Positions 9,200 through 18,211 are shown, counted from the first letter of the stretch. The stretch: DNA of 32,054 nt from a virus (IMGVR_UViG_3300030397_000833:1-32054); one strand, 5' to 3'. Numbers and translations: made by a program. The notes: generated by a model not told the origin, from the sequence alone.

Positions 9200-9241
9200 G
9201 TGGACGTGTCTGAAGCTACTGCACCAAACAAAGGAGAAGAC

Positions 9242-9727
9242 ATGATCACTTTATCTCAAATGCCTACAAGGATTGTGGAGCTGTCCTGCAAGGGATCTGT
9301 GGACACAAACGAAGGCACCAGGCCTGATGTTCGGCTGAAGCTGGAGATTGACATCACTGATTGGATGATGGAAGAGGAGGGCTTTCTTCAAGACTTTGAG
9401 TCCAAAGCCGTTGCATCCATTGTGGAGGGGAGCCGGGTTCAGTCTGAAGAGGAAGGTCCCAACACCTATCTGGTCAAGGTCAAGCGTCGCTTTGATGTCA
9501 TGTGGTACAAGTTCAAGCGGGGCAACGCCACACTGGACCTGGAGGCGTCCATTCCCAATGCTTCCTCTCCAGTGATCAAAGTGGTGGAAGGATTGCCCAC
9601 GCTTGTCTTCAAAATCCATGGGCGTCTGGACAGCAATGATGCAGGGAAGCTGATGAAGATGATCAATGTCCCTGATGTCACCCTGACCACATCCAATCCC
9701 CAAATCGAACTTCTGGACGCAAGCTGA
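9242..9727 (+). CDS. Hypothetical protein
   Basis: AAAGGAG SD before ATG 9242 (ORF track starts at 9161); 161 aa. Confidence 0.7.
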   Translation: MITLSQMPTRIVELSCKGSVDTNEGTRPDVRLKLEIDITDWMMEEEGFLQDFESKAVASIVEGSRVQSEEEGPNTYLVKVKRRFDVMWYKFKRGNATLDLEASIPNASSPVIKVVEGLPTLVFKIHGRLDSNDAGKLMKMINVPDVTLTTSNPQIELLDAS

Positions 9728-9780
9728 CCAGGTCTTCCCTGGTCCCCTTCACCTTGTGGTCCCTTTCCTGTTCTTCTTTC
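9726..9780 (+). terminator. Possible hairpin/terminator
   Basis: GACCAGG-tcttc-CCTGGTC (9726-9744) followed by a pyrimidine-rich tract; no clean U-run. Confidence 0.25.
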
Positions 9781-9821
9781 CCTAGCACCAACAATCGTAA
9801 GGTCTCACCAAGGGCATGATC

Positions 9822-11039
9822 ATGACTGACACTGCGTCCACTCCTACCATTCCCCTGGAAGGCCAGGATTTGCAGGATGCCATGGATTACAATCGGAGTG
9901 ATGCTCCTGATCCAGAAGACATCCCACAAGGCGCCCGGGCTGACTTCCCGGGATTGAACCAAAACCCCCGTGGTGGCGGGTGTGATCAGGAAAGTTTTGC
10001 CAAGAGCACACAAGACCTTCAGCTGGCTCTTGATGATGGTCTGAAGCCAGATGGCAAGTATGGTCCATCCACAGCTGAATCAACCTGGAAGCACTATGAT
10101 CAGCCCCCTCTTCCTGGGGATGTAGTCCCTTGGGAGAGATACAAGGACGTCCAGCCAAACAGGCGCAATGGCCTCTTTCTGGACTTTGGAGGAGATGGCC
10201 AGGTTCCGCACCAGGACAACCAACGCCGCTTTGTCAGTGAGCTGGCCCGAGCACAGTTCACTGATGTGTATTTTGGCTGCAATCAGGTGGGAGCTGTGAA
10301 GGACCCCCCCAACCATGAGCAGTCCAGGTTTGTCTGGCTTCAAGAGCCAGCCAGATACATCAGTTTTTGCCAGATGTGCCGTGAGTACGGGATTGAAGGT
10401 CATTTCCTGGTCTGGATGTCCCCGGGTGACATCTTCATGGAAGAGCTGGTCAGTGAACTGGCCCCGGTTGTGAATCAAGCCCGGGCTGCCAGTGTCATGG
10501 GCAATGCAGAGAAGAACTGGACTGGAAAGCTTCCCGGAGTGGAAGCTGGCCAGGACGAAGCTTCCAGTTGGTTGGCTGCCAATTTGCTTCCTGCCCTGGA
10601 TTGTCCTTTTGGGACTGTCATTCTCTATTTTGTCACGCCAAAGGTCAGAAGCCTGGTGGGGATTGGGGCGTATTGCTGCCTTGAAACCTATGCCTTCAGG
10701 GAGCCTGATCAGCCAGACACAATGGAAGAGAACTATAACCCGGGTTTCCTTCAGTGGAGGACAGCCCTGGACTATCATCAGCTGGTGCAGGAAGGCATCA
10801 GGCTGTTGCATGGTCAGGCAGCTTACAAACAGTTCAGGTATGCTGTGGAACCGGAAGTGGCGATGTTGACCAGTGCCAGTGCCAGCCAGACTTCCTCTTG
10901 TTCATCCGTGTGGTGGTCTCTTGGCAATGTGGATCCGGGGGAAGATTACAAGTGGCATGTCTTTGTGTCCTTGTCTCCAGAAGAGGGAGCCCCTGAATCC
11001 TTCTCTTCCTGGCTCCAGATTCCTGGCCAGATTGCTTGA
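9822..11039 (+). CDS. Peptidoglycan-binding motif plus probable TIM-barrel glycoside hydrolase-like protein (paralogue of the terminal lysin-like ORF)
   Basis: DLQ...GLKPDGKYGPST PG-binding signature; alternating beta/alpha pattern; colinear similarity with the ORF starting at 31237. Confidence 0.6.
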   Translation: MTDTASTPTIPLEGQDLQDAMDYNRSDAPDPEDIPQGARADFPGLNQNPRGGGCDQESFAKSTQDLQLALDDGLKPDGKYGPSTAESTWKHYDQPPLPGDVVPWERYKDVQPNRRNGLFLDFGGDGQVPHQDNQRRFVSELARAQFTDVYFGCNQVGAVKDPPNHEQSRFVWLQEPARYISFCQMCREYGIEGHFLVWMSPGDIFMEELVSELAPVVNQARAASVMGNAEKNWTGKLPGVEAGQDEASSWLAANLLPALDCPFGTVILYFVTPKVRSLVGIGAYCCLETYAFREPDQPDTMEENYNPGFLQWRTALDYHQLVQEGIRLLHGQAAYKQFRYAVEPEVAMLTSASASQTSSCSSVWWSLGNVDPGEDYKWHVFVSLSPEEGAPESFSSWLQIPGQIA

Positions 11040-11141
11040 TTCCTTCTCCTTTGCTCCTGCCTTAAGCTTTTGTCCCGAAACCCATCCAAACAATCCTGAA
11101 CGCTTTCAGGGCGATCTGTGCCCAAAAGATGACCTTGGTTG

Positions 11142-11171
11142 TTGACATGTTTATTGTGTGAGTCCTAGCCT
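11142..11171 (+). promoter_or_regulatory. Putative promoter for the protease/capsid operon
   Basis: TTGACA (11142-11147), 18 nt spacer, TAGCCT (11166-11171) in a 158 bp intergenic region; hairpin CCTGAA-cgct-TTCAGG at 11095-11110. Confidence 0.45.
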
Positions 11172-11197
11172 TGCACCGTTGACAGTCCAAGGGGGAT

Positions 11198-12505
11198 ATG
11201 ATGGCAGAAGAAGATGTTGGGAGTTACCCCAGACCGTTTTATGACAGGAAGCTGATCACAGTTCCGTTTGAGCTGAAGGCCAGTACCACTTCAGCCGGGG
11301 CCATGAAGGTCCAGGGTTATGGCTCCATTTTTGATGTCCTGGATTCACATGGAGATGTGGTCAAGAAGGGCGCTTTTGTGGAGTCCATTGAACGGGATTT
11401 CCCCAGGAACCTGATCAAGTTCATGTGGCAACACCGGGATCCCTTTGGTGTGTTCACGGTTTTGAAGGAAGACGACGTTGGCCTTTTCTTTGAAGCCCTG
11501 GTCACACCCAACCAGACAGGCCGTGACAGGTTTGAGCACATCAAACACAAGTCCGTGGACAGGATGTCCATTGGCTATGACCTCCTGAAGTTCAGTGAGT
11601 TTCAGGATGCTGATTTGCGGTCTGAGGTAGCCAGATGGGCACCTTGGTTGGCACACATCCCATTTTGGAACCTGGAAAAGGTCAGGCTTCGTGAGATCAG
11701 TGGTGTCACCCATGCATCCAACGAACAGGCCACCATGGAAGCCAAGGATCATGACCAGCATGACCATGCCATCAGTGTGCAGGGTTATGGTGCCAGGGAT
11801 AAAAAGGGACTGTGGCTTCCACCTGGTGACGTTTACACCATCAAGGCAGCCAAGAGCCGCTGGAAGCCAATGTCCTCCAGGCCAGTTGCCAAACCAAAGG
11901 AGACTGGACAGTTGAAGACAAGACCAAAGGTGCGTGGTTGCAATTGCCAGAAGCGTTCAGCCAAGGAGGAAAAGGGCAGCATCCTGGCTGGCAAACTCAA
12001 TGATACCATTGATCAGATGGTGTCAGATGATGACGAGATGACCCGTTCTGATCTGATTGACATGCTTTCTGATGCAGCTGGCATCAGCACTGGAACGGTC
12101 AACCAGATCCTGTCTGGGGACATCAACTGCCCACCCATCGAACGCCTGGAGGCGTTTGCACAGGTTCTGGATGTGGCAGTTGGCTGGCTGGTGGAAGGAG
12201 CCGAAGAAGACGGCTGCAATTATGGTGAAGAGAGTGAAGATGGTGATGGAGAGGAGAAGACCTTCACCCTCGTCTTCAACCAGAAACAGATGGATGCCTG
12301 GAAGGTTTTCCAGGAAGCTGTCAAGGGTTTGTCAGACTTGTTTGAGACTGACCCTGAAGATGAAGCTGACCAGAAGTCCTCCAGGTCGACATCTTCCACC
12401 CCAAAACGAGACGCCCGCCCTGATTCTGATCCTGACAGCATCACTGATGCTGACTGGTCCACGCTTGATGGGCTTTTTGACGAGCTTGGCGTGTCAGGAG
12501 ACTGA
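11198..12505 (+). CDS. HK97-family prohead protease with C-terminal XRE-type HTH extension
   Basis: GYGSIF-x3-DSHGDVVKKGAF, MWQH, EDDVGLF, RMSIGY, LREISGV...ASN; HTH-like LSDAAGISTGTVNQILSG...PPIERLEAFAQVLDV at about 12038-12199. Confidence 0.9.
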   Translation: MMAEEDVGSYPRPFYDRKLITVPFELKASTTSAGAMKVQGYGSIFDVLDSHGDVVKKGAFVESIERDFPRNLIKFMWQHRDPFGVFTVLKEDDVGLFFEALVTPNQTGRDRFEHIKHKSVDRMSIGYDLLKFSEFQDADLRSEVARWAPWLAHIPFWNLEKVRLREISGVTHASNEQATMEAKDHDQHDHAISVQGYGARDKKGLWLPPGDVYTIKAAKSRWKPMSSRPVAKPKETGQLKTRPKVRGCNCQKRSAKEEKGSILAGKLNDTIDQMVSDDDEMTRSDLIDMLSDAAGISTGTVNQILSGDINCPPIERLEAFAQVLDVAVGWLVEGAEEDGCNYGEESEDGDGEEKTFTLVFNQKQMDAWKVFQEAVKGLSDLFETDPEDEADQKSSRSTSSTPKRDARPDSDPDSITDADWSTLDGLFDELGVSGD

Positions 12506-12576
12506 TCACAAGTCTATTTGACGGCCTTGAATCAATTGGCCCGGAGCATGAAAAGGGCCTGAACCAGGAGACACCA

Positions 12577-14070
12577 ATGTTGGAGAAAGACAGAATCATT
12601 CAGCTTCAGAAGAACCTTCAGCAAGCCATCAATATGGCGAAGGAGTGGAAGAAGTCTGAACACGGCAAGCTGACTCAGGACAATGAAAAGCGCCTGGTTG
12701 CCCTGGAGAAACAGCTTGAAGAGACCAACAAGGCCATGGAGAAGATGGACGTCGAATTTGGCGCCCGTGACTTCGGCTCCACCCGTGGTCTGATTGCCAA
12801 TTACAAGGGCGTGGGTCAGGTCCTCTTTGAAGCTGAAGAGTACAAGTCCATCCTGGTGAGCAAGCACCAGAAGTGTGACCCCGTTCAGGTCAAGGGTGGC
12901 TTCTTTGTTCACTGGAAGATCAGGGCTGACCATCTGGGCTTTGGTACCAAGGACCTGTCCGAGTCCTTGAACCCCACCACAGCCGGGGCCTTGGTTGACG
13001 AGGACAGGATCCCGGGCGTGTCCATGATCAGACTCAGGATGCCCCGGCTCCGCGAGTTGATCCCGGCGTTCTCCACTGAGTCAGATACCATTGAGTATGT
13101 GAAGGAGACCAACTTCAACCAGCTGTATGCACAGTTTGTTGTGGCTGGTGTTGCAACAGACGTCACCATCAAGGTGGACAACATCAACGGTTGGGTGGAA
13201 GGGTCAACCATTGTGATCAACCCCGGTGGTGTCACGGAGGAGACCTTTACGGTTGTGCTTGTGACACCGGATGATCCAAGCGGGAATGTCTCTACTGGTG
13301 ACATCACCCTGGATGGAGGTGGTCTGGCCAACCCCCATGCGATTGGCACCAATGTTGTGTCTGATCAGTTCAACTTCACACCTCAGACCAACCTGAAGCC
13401 CAAAGCGCGCCAGACCTTCGAGGTCCTGACAGAGCCCGTCAAGACCCTGGCCCATTGGCTTCCTGCCACTCGTCAGATCCTGATGGATGCCAGTCAGCTT
13501 CGCCAGCTGGTGGACGGGCGTCTGGTTGAAGGGCTGATGCTCAGTGAGGAAACCCAGCTCCTTTACGGGTCCGGTTCCAGTGTTGAACTTCAGGGCTTGA
13601 TGACCAACCCGGATGCCCAGACCTACCTGTGGTCTTCTGGTCTTCTCCTCCCAGTCCCTGACACCAAACTGGACGCTGTCAGGAGGGCCATGACCTTGTC
13701 AGCCCTGGCACACTATCCGGTGGACGGCGTGGTCCTGAACCCCATTGACTGGGAAGAAATTGAGACGGCAAAGGGCACTGATGGTCACTACCTCATGACC
13801 CCGGTCATGAGCGGGAACCAGACCATGATCTTGTGGCGTTCTCCGGTCATCGTCACCACGGCCATTGACCCTGATGACTTCCTGGTGGGCTCCTTTGCCC
13901 TTGGTTGTGCCATCTTCGACCGTGAAGAGGCCACCATCCGGGTCAGTGACAGCCATGAGGACTTTTTTCCTCGCAACATGATTGCCGTCCTGGCTGAAGA
14001 GAGGATGGCCTTTGTGACGTTCAGGCCGGAAGCCTTTGTGGTCGGTCTGTTCGATGCTCCACCGTCTTGA
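12577..14070 (+). CDS. Major capsid protein (HK97 fold) with N-terminal coiled-coil scaffold and E-loop insertion
   Basis: RLRELIP, IEYVKET, VKTLAHW, EETQLLYGSG, VVLNPIDWEEI, FPRNMIAVLAEERMA...RPEAFV; AGGAG SD. Confidence 0.95.
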   Translation: MLEKDRIIQLQKNLQQAINMAKEWKKSEHGKLTQDNEKRLVALEKQLEETNKAMEKMDVEFGARDFGSTRGLIANYKGVGQVLFEAEEYKSILVSKHQKCDPVQVKGGFFVHWKIRADHLGFGTKDLSESLNPTTAGALVDEDRIPGVSMIRLRMPRLRELIPAFSTESDTIEYVKETNFNQLYAQFVVAGVATDVTIKVDNINGWVEGSTIVINPGGVTEETFTVVLVTPDDPSGNVSTGDITLDGGGLANPHAIGTNVVSDQFNFTPQTNLKPKARQTFEVLTEPVKTLAHWLPATRQILMDASQLRQLVDGRLVEGLMLSEETQLLYGSGSSVELQGLMTNPDAQTYLWSSGLLLPVPDTKLDAVRRAMTLSALAHYPVDGVVLNPIDWEEIETAKGTDGHYLMTPVMSGNQTMILWRSPVIVTTAIDPDDFLVGSFALGCAIFDREEATIRVSDSHEDFFPRNMIAVLAEERMAFVTFRPEAFVVGLFDAPPS

Positions 14071-14150
14071 TGCTTTCGTTGTCTGATCAGGTCATTCAGC
14101 TGGCCTGACCTCCATCTTCTGGCCACTGTGTGGCTTTTGCGTTGATGTTG

Positions 14151-14189
14151 GCCCCTGACCCTAATCCATGGCGTGGGTCAGGGGCTTTT
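14151..14189 (+). terminator. Rho-independent terminator after the capsid gene
   Basis: 11 bp stem GCCCCTGACCC / GGGTCAGGGGC with a 13 nt loop, followed by TTTT. Confidence 0.7.
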
Positions 14190-14219
14190 ACATTTCACCT
14201 GCACCAAAGGAGTGCTTCA

Positions 14220-14801
14220 ATGTCTGACAAGAAACCCAAAACTTCGAGAGACCACCGCAGGACACCGGCTTCCCACAAGTGGCTCCGAATTCTCAAGAAC
14301 TGCCCTGGACCTGGTGGACGGGCCTTGGTGCCTGGTGACAAGGTCATGTTGCAACGTGTGGCTGCCAAGGCTTACATCAAGCGAAAGGTGGCTGTAGAGA
14401 TTGACAGCCCCCTTCCTGCAATTGAAGAAGCCAAGGCCATTGGCAAGCCTGGCCAGAACCGTGTCATCTACACCGGCAACAGGAAGCCCACAGCCAAGAC
14501 TGGTGGTGTGGCCAGGGAGAAGCTGTCAGGTCGTTCCGTGGCCAGGGCCAGGGCTGATGCCTTGAAGAAACTTCGCAAGGCAGCTGAAGAAGCCAGGCCA
14601 GCCAAGAGCACAGAGAAAAAAGAGGGGAGCGACGGAGCCAGCGACGGAGCTGGTGCTGGTTCCAGTGACTCCCTGACCTTTGACCAGTGGCAGGAACTTG
14701 GCTGGAAGGCTGCCAAAGCCAGGTTCAAGGAGCTGACTGGCAACAACCCCAAGGGTTGGGACGAAGTTGAAGAATACGTCAAGAGCCAGGAGACGGCCTG
14801 A
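14220..14801 (+). CDS. Hypothetical basic protein (post-capsid position)
   Basis: AAGGAG SD before ATG 14220 (ORF track starts at 14130, overlapping the terminator); K/R/A rich with a small helical C-terminal domain. Confidence 0.65.
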   Translation: MSDKKPKTSRDHRRTPASHKWLRILKNCPGPGGRALVPGDKVMLQRVAAKAYIKRKVAVEIDSPLPAIEEAKAIGKPGQNRVIYTGNRKPTAKTGGVAREKLSGRSVARARADALKKLRKAAEEARPAKSTEKKEGSDGASDGAGAGSSDSLTFDQWQELGWKAAKARFKELTGNNPKGWDEVEEYVKSQETA

Positions 14802-14861
14802 TTGCAGGTTTCTGGTTCTAGTTGTTGGAGTTGATCAGTCCAAGGCAGGAGCAAGGAGAAC

Positions 14862-15419
14862 ATGGCCAGGAGAATTACAGCTGTCCAGGACAGGTCCATC
14901 ATGGACCTTCCTACCTTGAAGGGACTGCTTAGCATCACCACAACGGACTATGACGCTCTGTTGACCCTGGCTTTGGAGGCTGCCAAGGAACAGGCTGATC
15001 TTTGTATGCAAAACCCCTTTCTGGAGCTGGATCCCAATATCGACTTTGACGCCCTGTATCAGCCTCTTCCTTCGGACCTTTCTTTCAATGAAGAAGCGAC
15101 CCGCTCTTTCCTTGGTGGTTTGAGGTCCTTTACTTCGGGGGGCTTTGTCGAGTCCACCAGGATTCCCGGGATGCCAGCTTACATCTTCAATTCTGACCCA
15201 CAGAACCCGGATCCAGCCGATGAATTGAAGATTCCGATGTTGGTGGAATTGGGCCTGGTGGAGTGGGTTCGTGGCTATATGCAGCTCCAATGCATTCCTG
15301 TTGGTGTCACGGAGCGCAAGGCCGGAGATGTCACAGAGAAATACAGCGACGTGTCTGGTCTGAATGACCATGTTTCAAACCTGTTCTGGGGTAAATACAT
15401 GCTTCTTCCAGGCATGTAG
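14862..15419 (+). CDS. Head-tail connector / adaptor (HK97 gp6-like)
   Basis: LPTLKGLL...DALLTLALEAA...GVTERKAGDVTEKY pattern; AAGGAG SD; synteny. Confidence 0.7.
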   Translation: MARRITAVQDRSIMDLPTLKGLLSITTTDYDALLTLALEAAKEQADLCMQNPFLELDPNIDFDALYQPLPSDLSFNEEATRSFLGGLRSFTSGGFVESTRIPGMPAYIFNSDPQNPDPADELKIPMLVELGLVEWVRGYMQLQCIPVGVTERKAGDVTEKYSDVSGLNDHVSNLFWGKYMLLPGM

Positions 15420-15470
15420 ACCATCCATTCCAACAGGCCTTTCCAGGCGAAGCATCAGGGGGCAGGAGCC

Positions 15471-15869
15471 ATGGCCAGGAGCAAGGTGACTCTTAGAGTC
15501 AAGGACACGGACAGGGGCCTGAAGCGTATCCAGCAACGGGTCAGGCGTGTTCCAGAGAGTGAAGTTCTGGTTGGCATCCTTGAAGGGGAGATTGCCAACT
15601 ATGCAGCTGTCCAGGAATTTGGTTCCAGGAATGTCCAGGCCAAATCCTTCATCAGAAGCACTTTTGACCAGAATGTTTCCACCTATGATGCCATTATGAC
15701 CCGTGGGGCCACATTCATCTTGGCTGGTGAGTCAGACCCGAGGCAGACCCTGACCCGGGTTGGAATCAAGATGAAGGCTGACGTGGTCAAGAAGATCACA
15801 GCTCTTGGTCTGATTGATACAGGTGCCATGCGTGCAAGCGTTGACTTTGACATCAGGGTGAGGGGCTAA
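15471..15869 (+). CDS. Neck / tail completion protein (HK97 gp10-like)
   Basis: YAAVQEFGS...SFIRSTFD...LIDTGAMRASV motifs. Confidence 0.75.
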   Translation: MARSKVTLRVKDTDRGLKRIQQRVRRVPESEVLVGILEGEIANYAAVQEFGSRNVQAKSFIRSTFDQNVSTYDAIMTRGATFILAGESDPRQTLTRVGIKMKADVVKKITALGLIDTGAMRASVDFDIRVRG

Positions 15870-15879
15870 GGACAGGTTC

Positions 15880-16074
15880 ATGAAGAAGACGAAAGTTCCA
15901 TTCACATCCGATACATCCAAACCCAGGAAGTCCTCCAGGAGGACCACGCTTGAATTGAAGGAGGAGATGATCAAGCAACGTCAAGCTGGTCAGGTTCCAG
16001 ACAAGGTGGACTTGTCTGAAGAAGGCAAGTCCTCGGAGTGGTCCAAACTCAGAAACCTGGTCAAGGGTTCCTGA
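15880..16074 (+). CDS. Hypothetical small basic protein
   Basis: 64 aa filling the gap between neck genes; weak SD. Confidence 0.5.
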   Translation: MKKTKVPFTSDTSKPRKSSRRTTLELKEEMIKQRQAGQVPDKVDLSEEGKSSEWSKLRNLVKGS

Positions 16075-16102
16075 GTTTTCGACTTTTGAAGGAGGGGCAA
16101 AG

Positions 16103-16498
16103 ATGTCAGGGATTGGAGGGTCCGGGTTGCTGGGTTCAAGACAGCTTTCTGTCAGGCGTCCAGCTAAGGGGACGTATGTGGATGGTGTCTATGTCAAGGG
16201 GGCTGATGCCTCTTTGACGGTTGTGGGAGCATTGCAACCCTTGAACTTCAGGGAGATTGAAATGTTGCCTGAAGGTCAACGTCAACGGGCCAGGTTCAAG
16301 TTGTACACCTATGATCTGATGCAAATTGCAACACCTGAAGACGAGACGATTGGGGACCGTGTGGACGTGGATGATCTGACCTTGATTGTCCATGGACTGG
16401 CTGATTATGCAAACGCCCTGCCCCAAACGTTTGGCACCTTACAGCCTTGTGGTGTGAACCACCGCAAATACCTCCTACTGCTGCCCAGAGTGCCTTGA
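16103..16498 (+). CDS. Head closure / head-tail adaptor protein
   Basis: GTYVDGVYVKG...GALQPL...LPEGQR...KLYT; strong SD AAGGAGG; synteny. Confidence 0.7.
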   Translation: MSGIGGSGLLGSRQLSVRRPAKGTYVDGVYVKGADASLTVVGALQPLNFREIEMLPEGQRQRARFKLYTYDLMQIATPEDETIGDRVDVDDLTLIVHGLADYANALPQTFGTLQPCGVNHRKYLLLLPRVP

Positions 16499-16501
16499 AC
16501 C

Positions 16502-17038
16502 ATGGCCCAGACTTTCACGCCCACAGCTTACGAGATAGCCCTTAGAGCCTGGATCCTGGCTGCTACAGGCTATCCTGGTGAAGATGTCATCTATGCCAGG
16601 CAGCCAGAAGCACCAAGACCAGAAAGGCCCTTCATCACACTCCAGACCATCAACCTGGTGTCCATTGGGTCAAAGCCCACCTTACGCATCAGCAACACAC
16701 AAGTGGATCCGCTGCCGGAGTCTACCTACGAAGGAGAACTGATCAGACAACGTCGTGGATCATGCCAGGTAGATGTTTATGCTGATGACCATGCTGATGT
16801 CATGGCTTGTCTGGTGGATTCTCTTCATGATCCTGATGTCCGGGTTGTCATCAATTCAGGTGGGTTGACGATATTGGAGCCGGACTCCATGATAAATTCA
16901 ACTGATGTGGCTGGGCCAGAATGGGAGTTGAGAAGCCTTGCTGAGTTTCCTTTCAGCTTTGCTTTGAAGATTTCCAAGACCTTGAAGGCCGTGGAACGGG
17001 CCAACGCCACATACACTGGCCTTGACGGAGGAAAGTAA
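16502..17038 (+). CDS. Neck / tail terminator protein
   Basis: VIYARQ...PRPERPFITL...QVDVY; immediately upstream of the sheath gene (TAATG overlap). Confidence 0.7.
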   Translation: MAQTFTPTAYEIALRAWILAATGYPGEDVIYARQPEAPRPERPFITLQTINLVSIGSKPTLRISNTQVDPLPESTYEGELIRQRRGSCQVDVYADDHADVMACLVDSLHDPDVRVVINSGGLTILEPDSMINSTDVAGPEWELRSLAEFPFSFALKISKTLKAVERANATYTGLDGGK

Positions 17039-18120
17039 TGGCCGATTGGAAAGACCTTGTTCAAGTAACCGTACTTTTGGATGCAGCTGGTATCCAAAGG
17101 AGCGGGTTCACCACACTTCTGATTGTGGGTGCCACAACAGCTGGCTTCGCTACCAACGAAGTCAAGACGTACACGGAAAAACCCACCACAGCACAAGCCG
17201 CTGAACTTGGGGCTACCTTGACGGCCATGGTCAATGCTGCCTTTGACCAAACGCCAACTCCATCACAGGTCAAGGTGGGTGATGTGGCAGCCCAGGATGC
17301 AGCCAACATGGATGCCATCCTGGCCAATGACAGTGACTGGTTTGGCCTGGCATCAGAGACAAGGGTCAGGTCTGAAATCCTGGCCTTGGCTGCCTGGATT
17401 GAAGACAAGTTCCGTCTTTACGTTGCCCAGTCGCCAGACACAGGCATCAAGGACACGCCCTATGTCGAAGGAGCTGGTTCGGATGTTGCCAATGATCTGA
17501 AGGACCTTGGGCGACGGAACACGGCTCTTGTGTACCAGGCCACAGCTGCTGAATATGCTGATGTGGCATGGGCAGCCAAAAAATTGGCAGCTGACCCGGA
17601 CATCCAGACCACTACCTGGGCACACGCCACTTTGGCTGGTGTCACATCGCAAGCGTCCCTGACATCAACGGAGAAGGCCAACATCGTCTCCAAGAACACC
17701 AATGTGTATCTGCCCTTCTTTGGTGGTTCAGCTGTCATTGCCAACGCTGTCACCATGGAAGGTCCTTCTGGGCGTTTCATTGACTTGGTCATCACAGCCA
17801 ACTGGATCCGGGCCAGGGTCCAGGAAGCCATTGCGCAGCTGTTCCTGGACCGCTCCAATGCCAACAGCAAGGTCCCTTACACTGATGAAGGTCTGGCTGA
17901 ACTGTCCAACGCCGTCTATGGTCCGCTGAAGCAAGGGGAAGCCGTTGGTCACTTCCGGGTTGACTCGTCTTTGGTCCTGATGCCCCTGGTGGCTGATATC
18001 CCAACAGCTGACATTGAAGCCCGTGAAGTCAACTTTGATTTCCGGGCTGTGCCAGCTGGAGCTGTTCACAAGGCCATTGTCACAGGGCGTGTGACGCTGG
18101 ATGCTACGGCTTTGGCCTGA
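17038..18120 (+). CDS. Contractile tail sheath protein (DUF3383-like), compact 360 aa
   Basis: AFDQTPTPSQVKVG, DSDWFGL, LAAWIE, TWAHATLAGV, GRFIDLV...NWI, KVPYTDEG, AGAVH. Confidence 0.85.
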   Translation: MADWKDLVQVTVLLDAAGIQRSGFTTLLIVGATTAGFATNEVKTYTEKPTTAQAAELGATLTAMVNAAFDQTPTPSQVKVGDVAAQDAANMDAILANDSDWFGLASETRVRSEILALAAWIEDKFRLYVAQSPDTGIKDTPYVEGAGSDVANDLKDLGRRNTALVYQATAAEYADVAWAAKKLAADPDIQTTTWAHATLAGVTSQASLTSTEKANIVSKNTNVYLPFFGGSAVIANAVTMEGPSGRFIDLVITANWIRARVQEAIAQLFLDRSNANSKVPYTDEGLAELSNAVYGPLKQGEAVGHFRVDSSLVLMPLVADIPTADIEAREVNFDFRAVPAGAVHKAIVTGRVTLDATALA

Positions 18121-18126
18121 TTCACT

Positions 18127-18159
18127 GATCAGATCGATCTGATTGCAAACAGATCGATC
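18127..18159. repeat. 16 bp perfect palindrome plus 10 bp direct repeat; five GATC sites
   Basis: ATCAGATCGATCTGAT at 18128-18143; CAGATCGATC at 18130 and 18150. Confidence 0.85.
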
Positions 18160-18211
18160 CATGACATCCAGTCAACCTTCAACCTCCAAACCAAGGGAGT
18201 AAACACACAAA

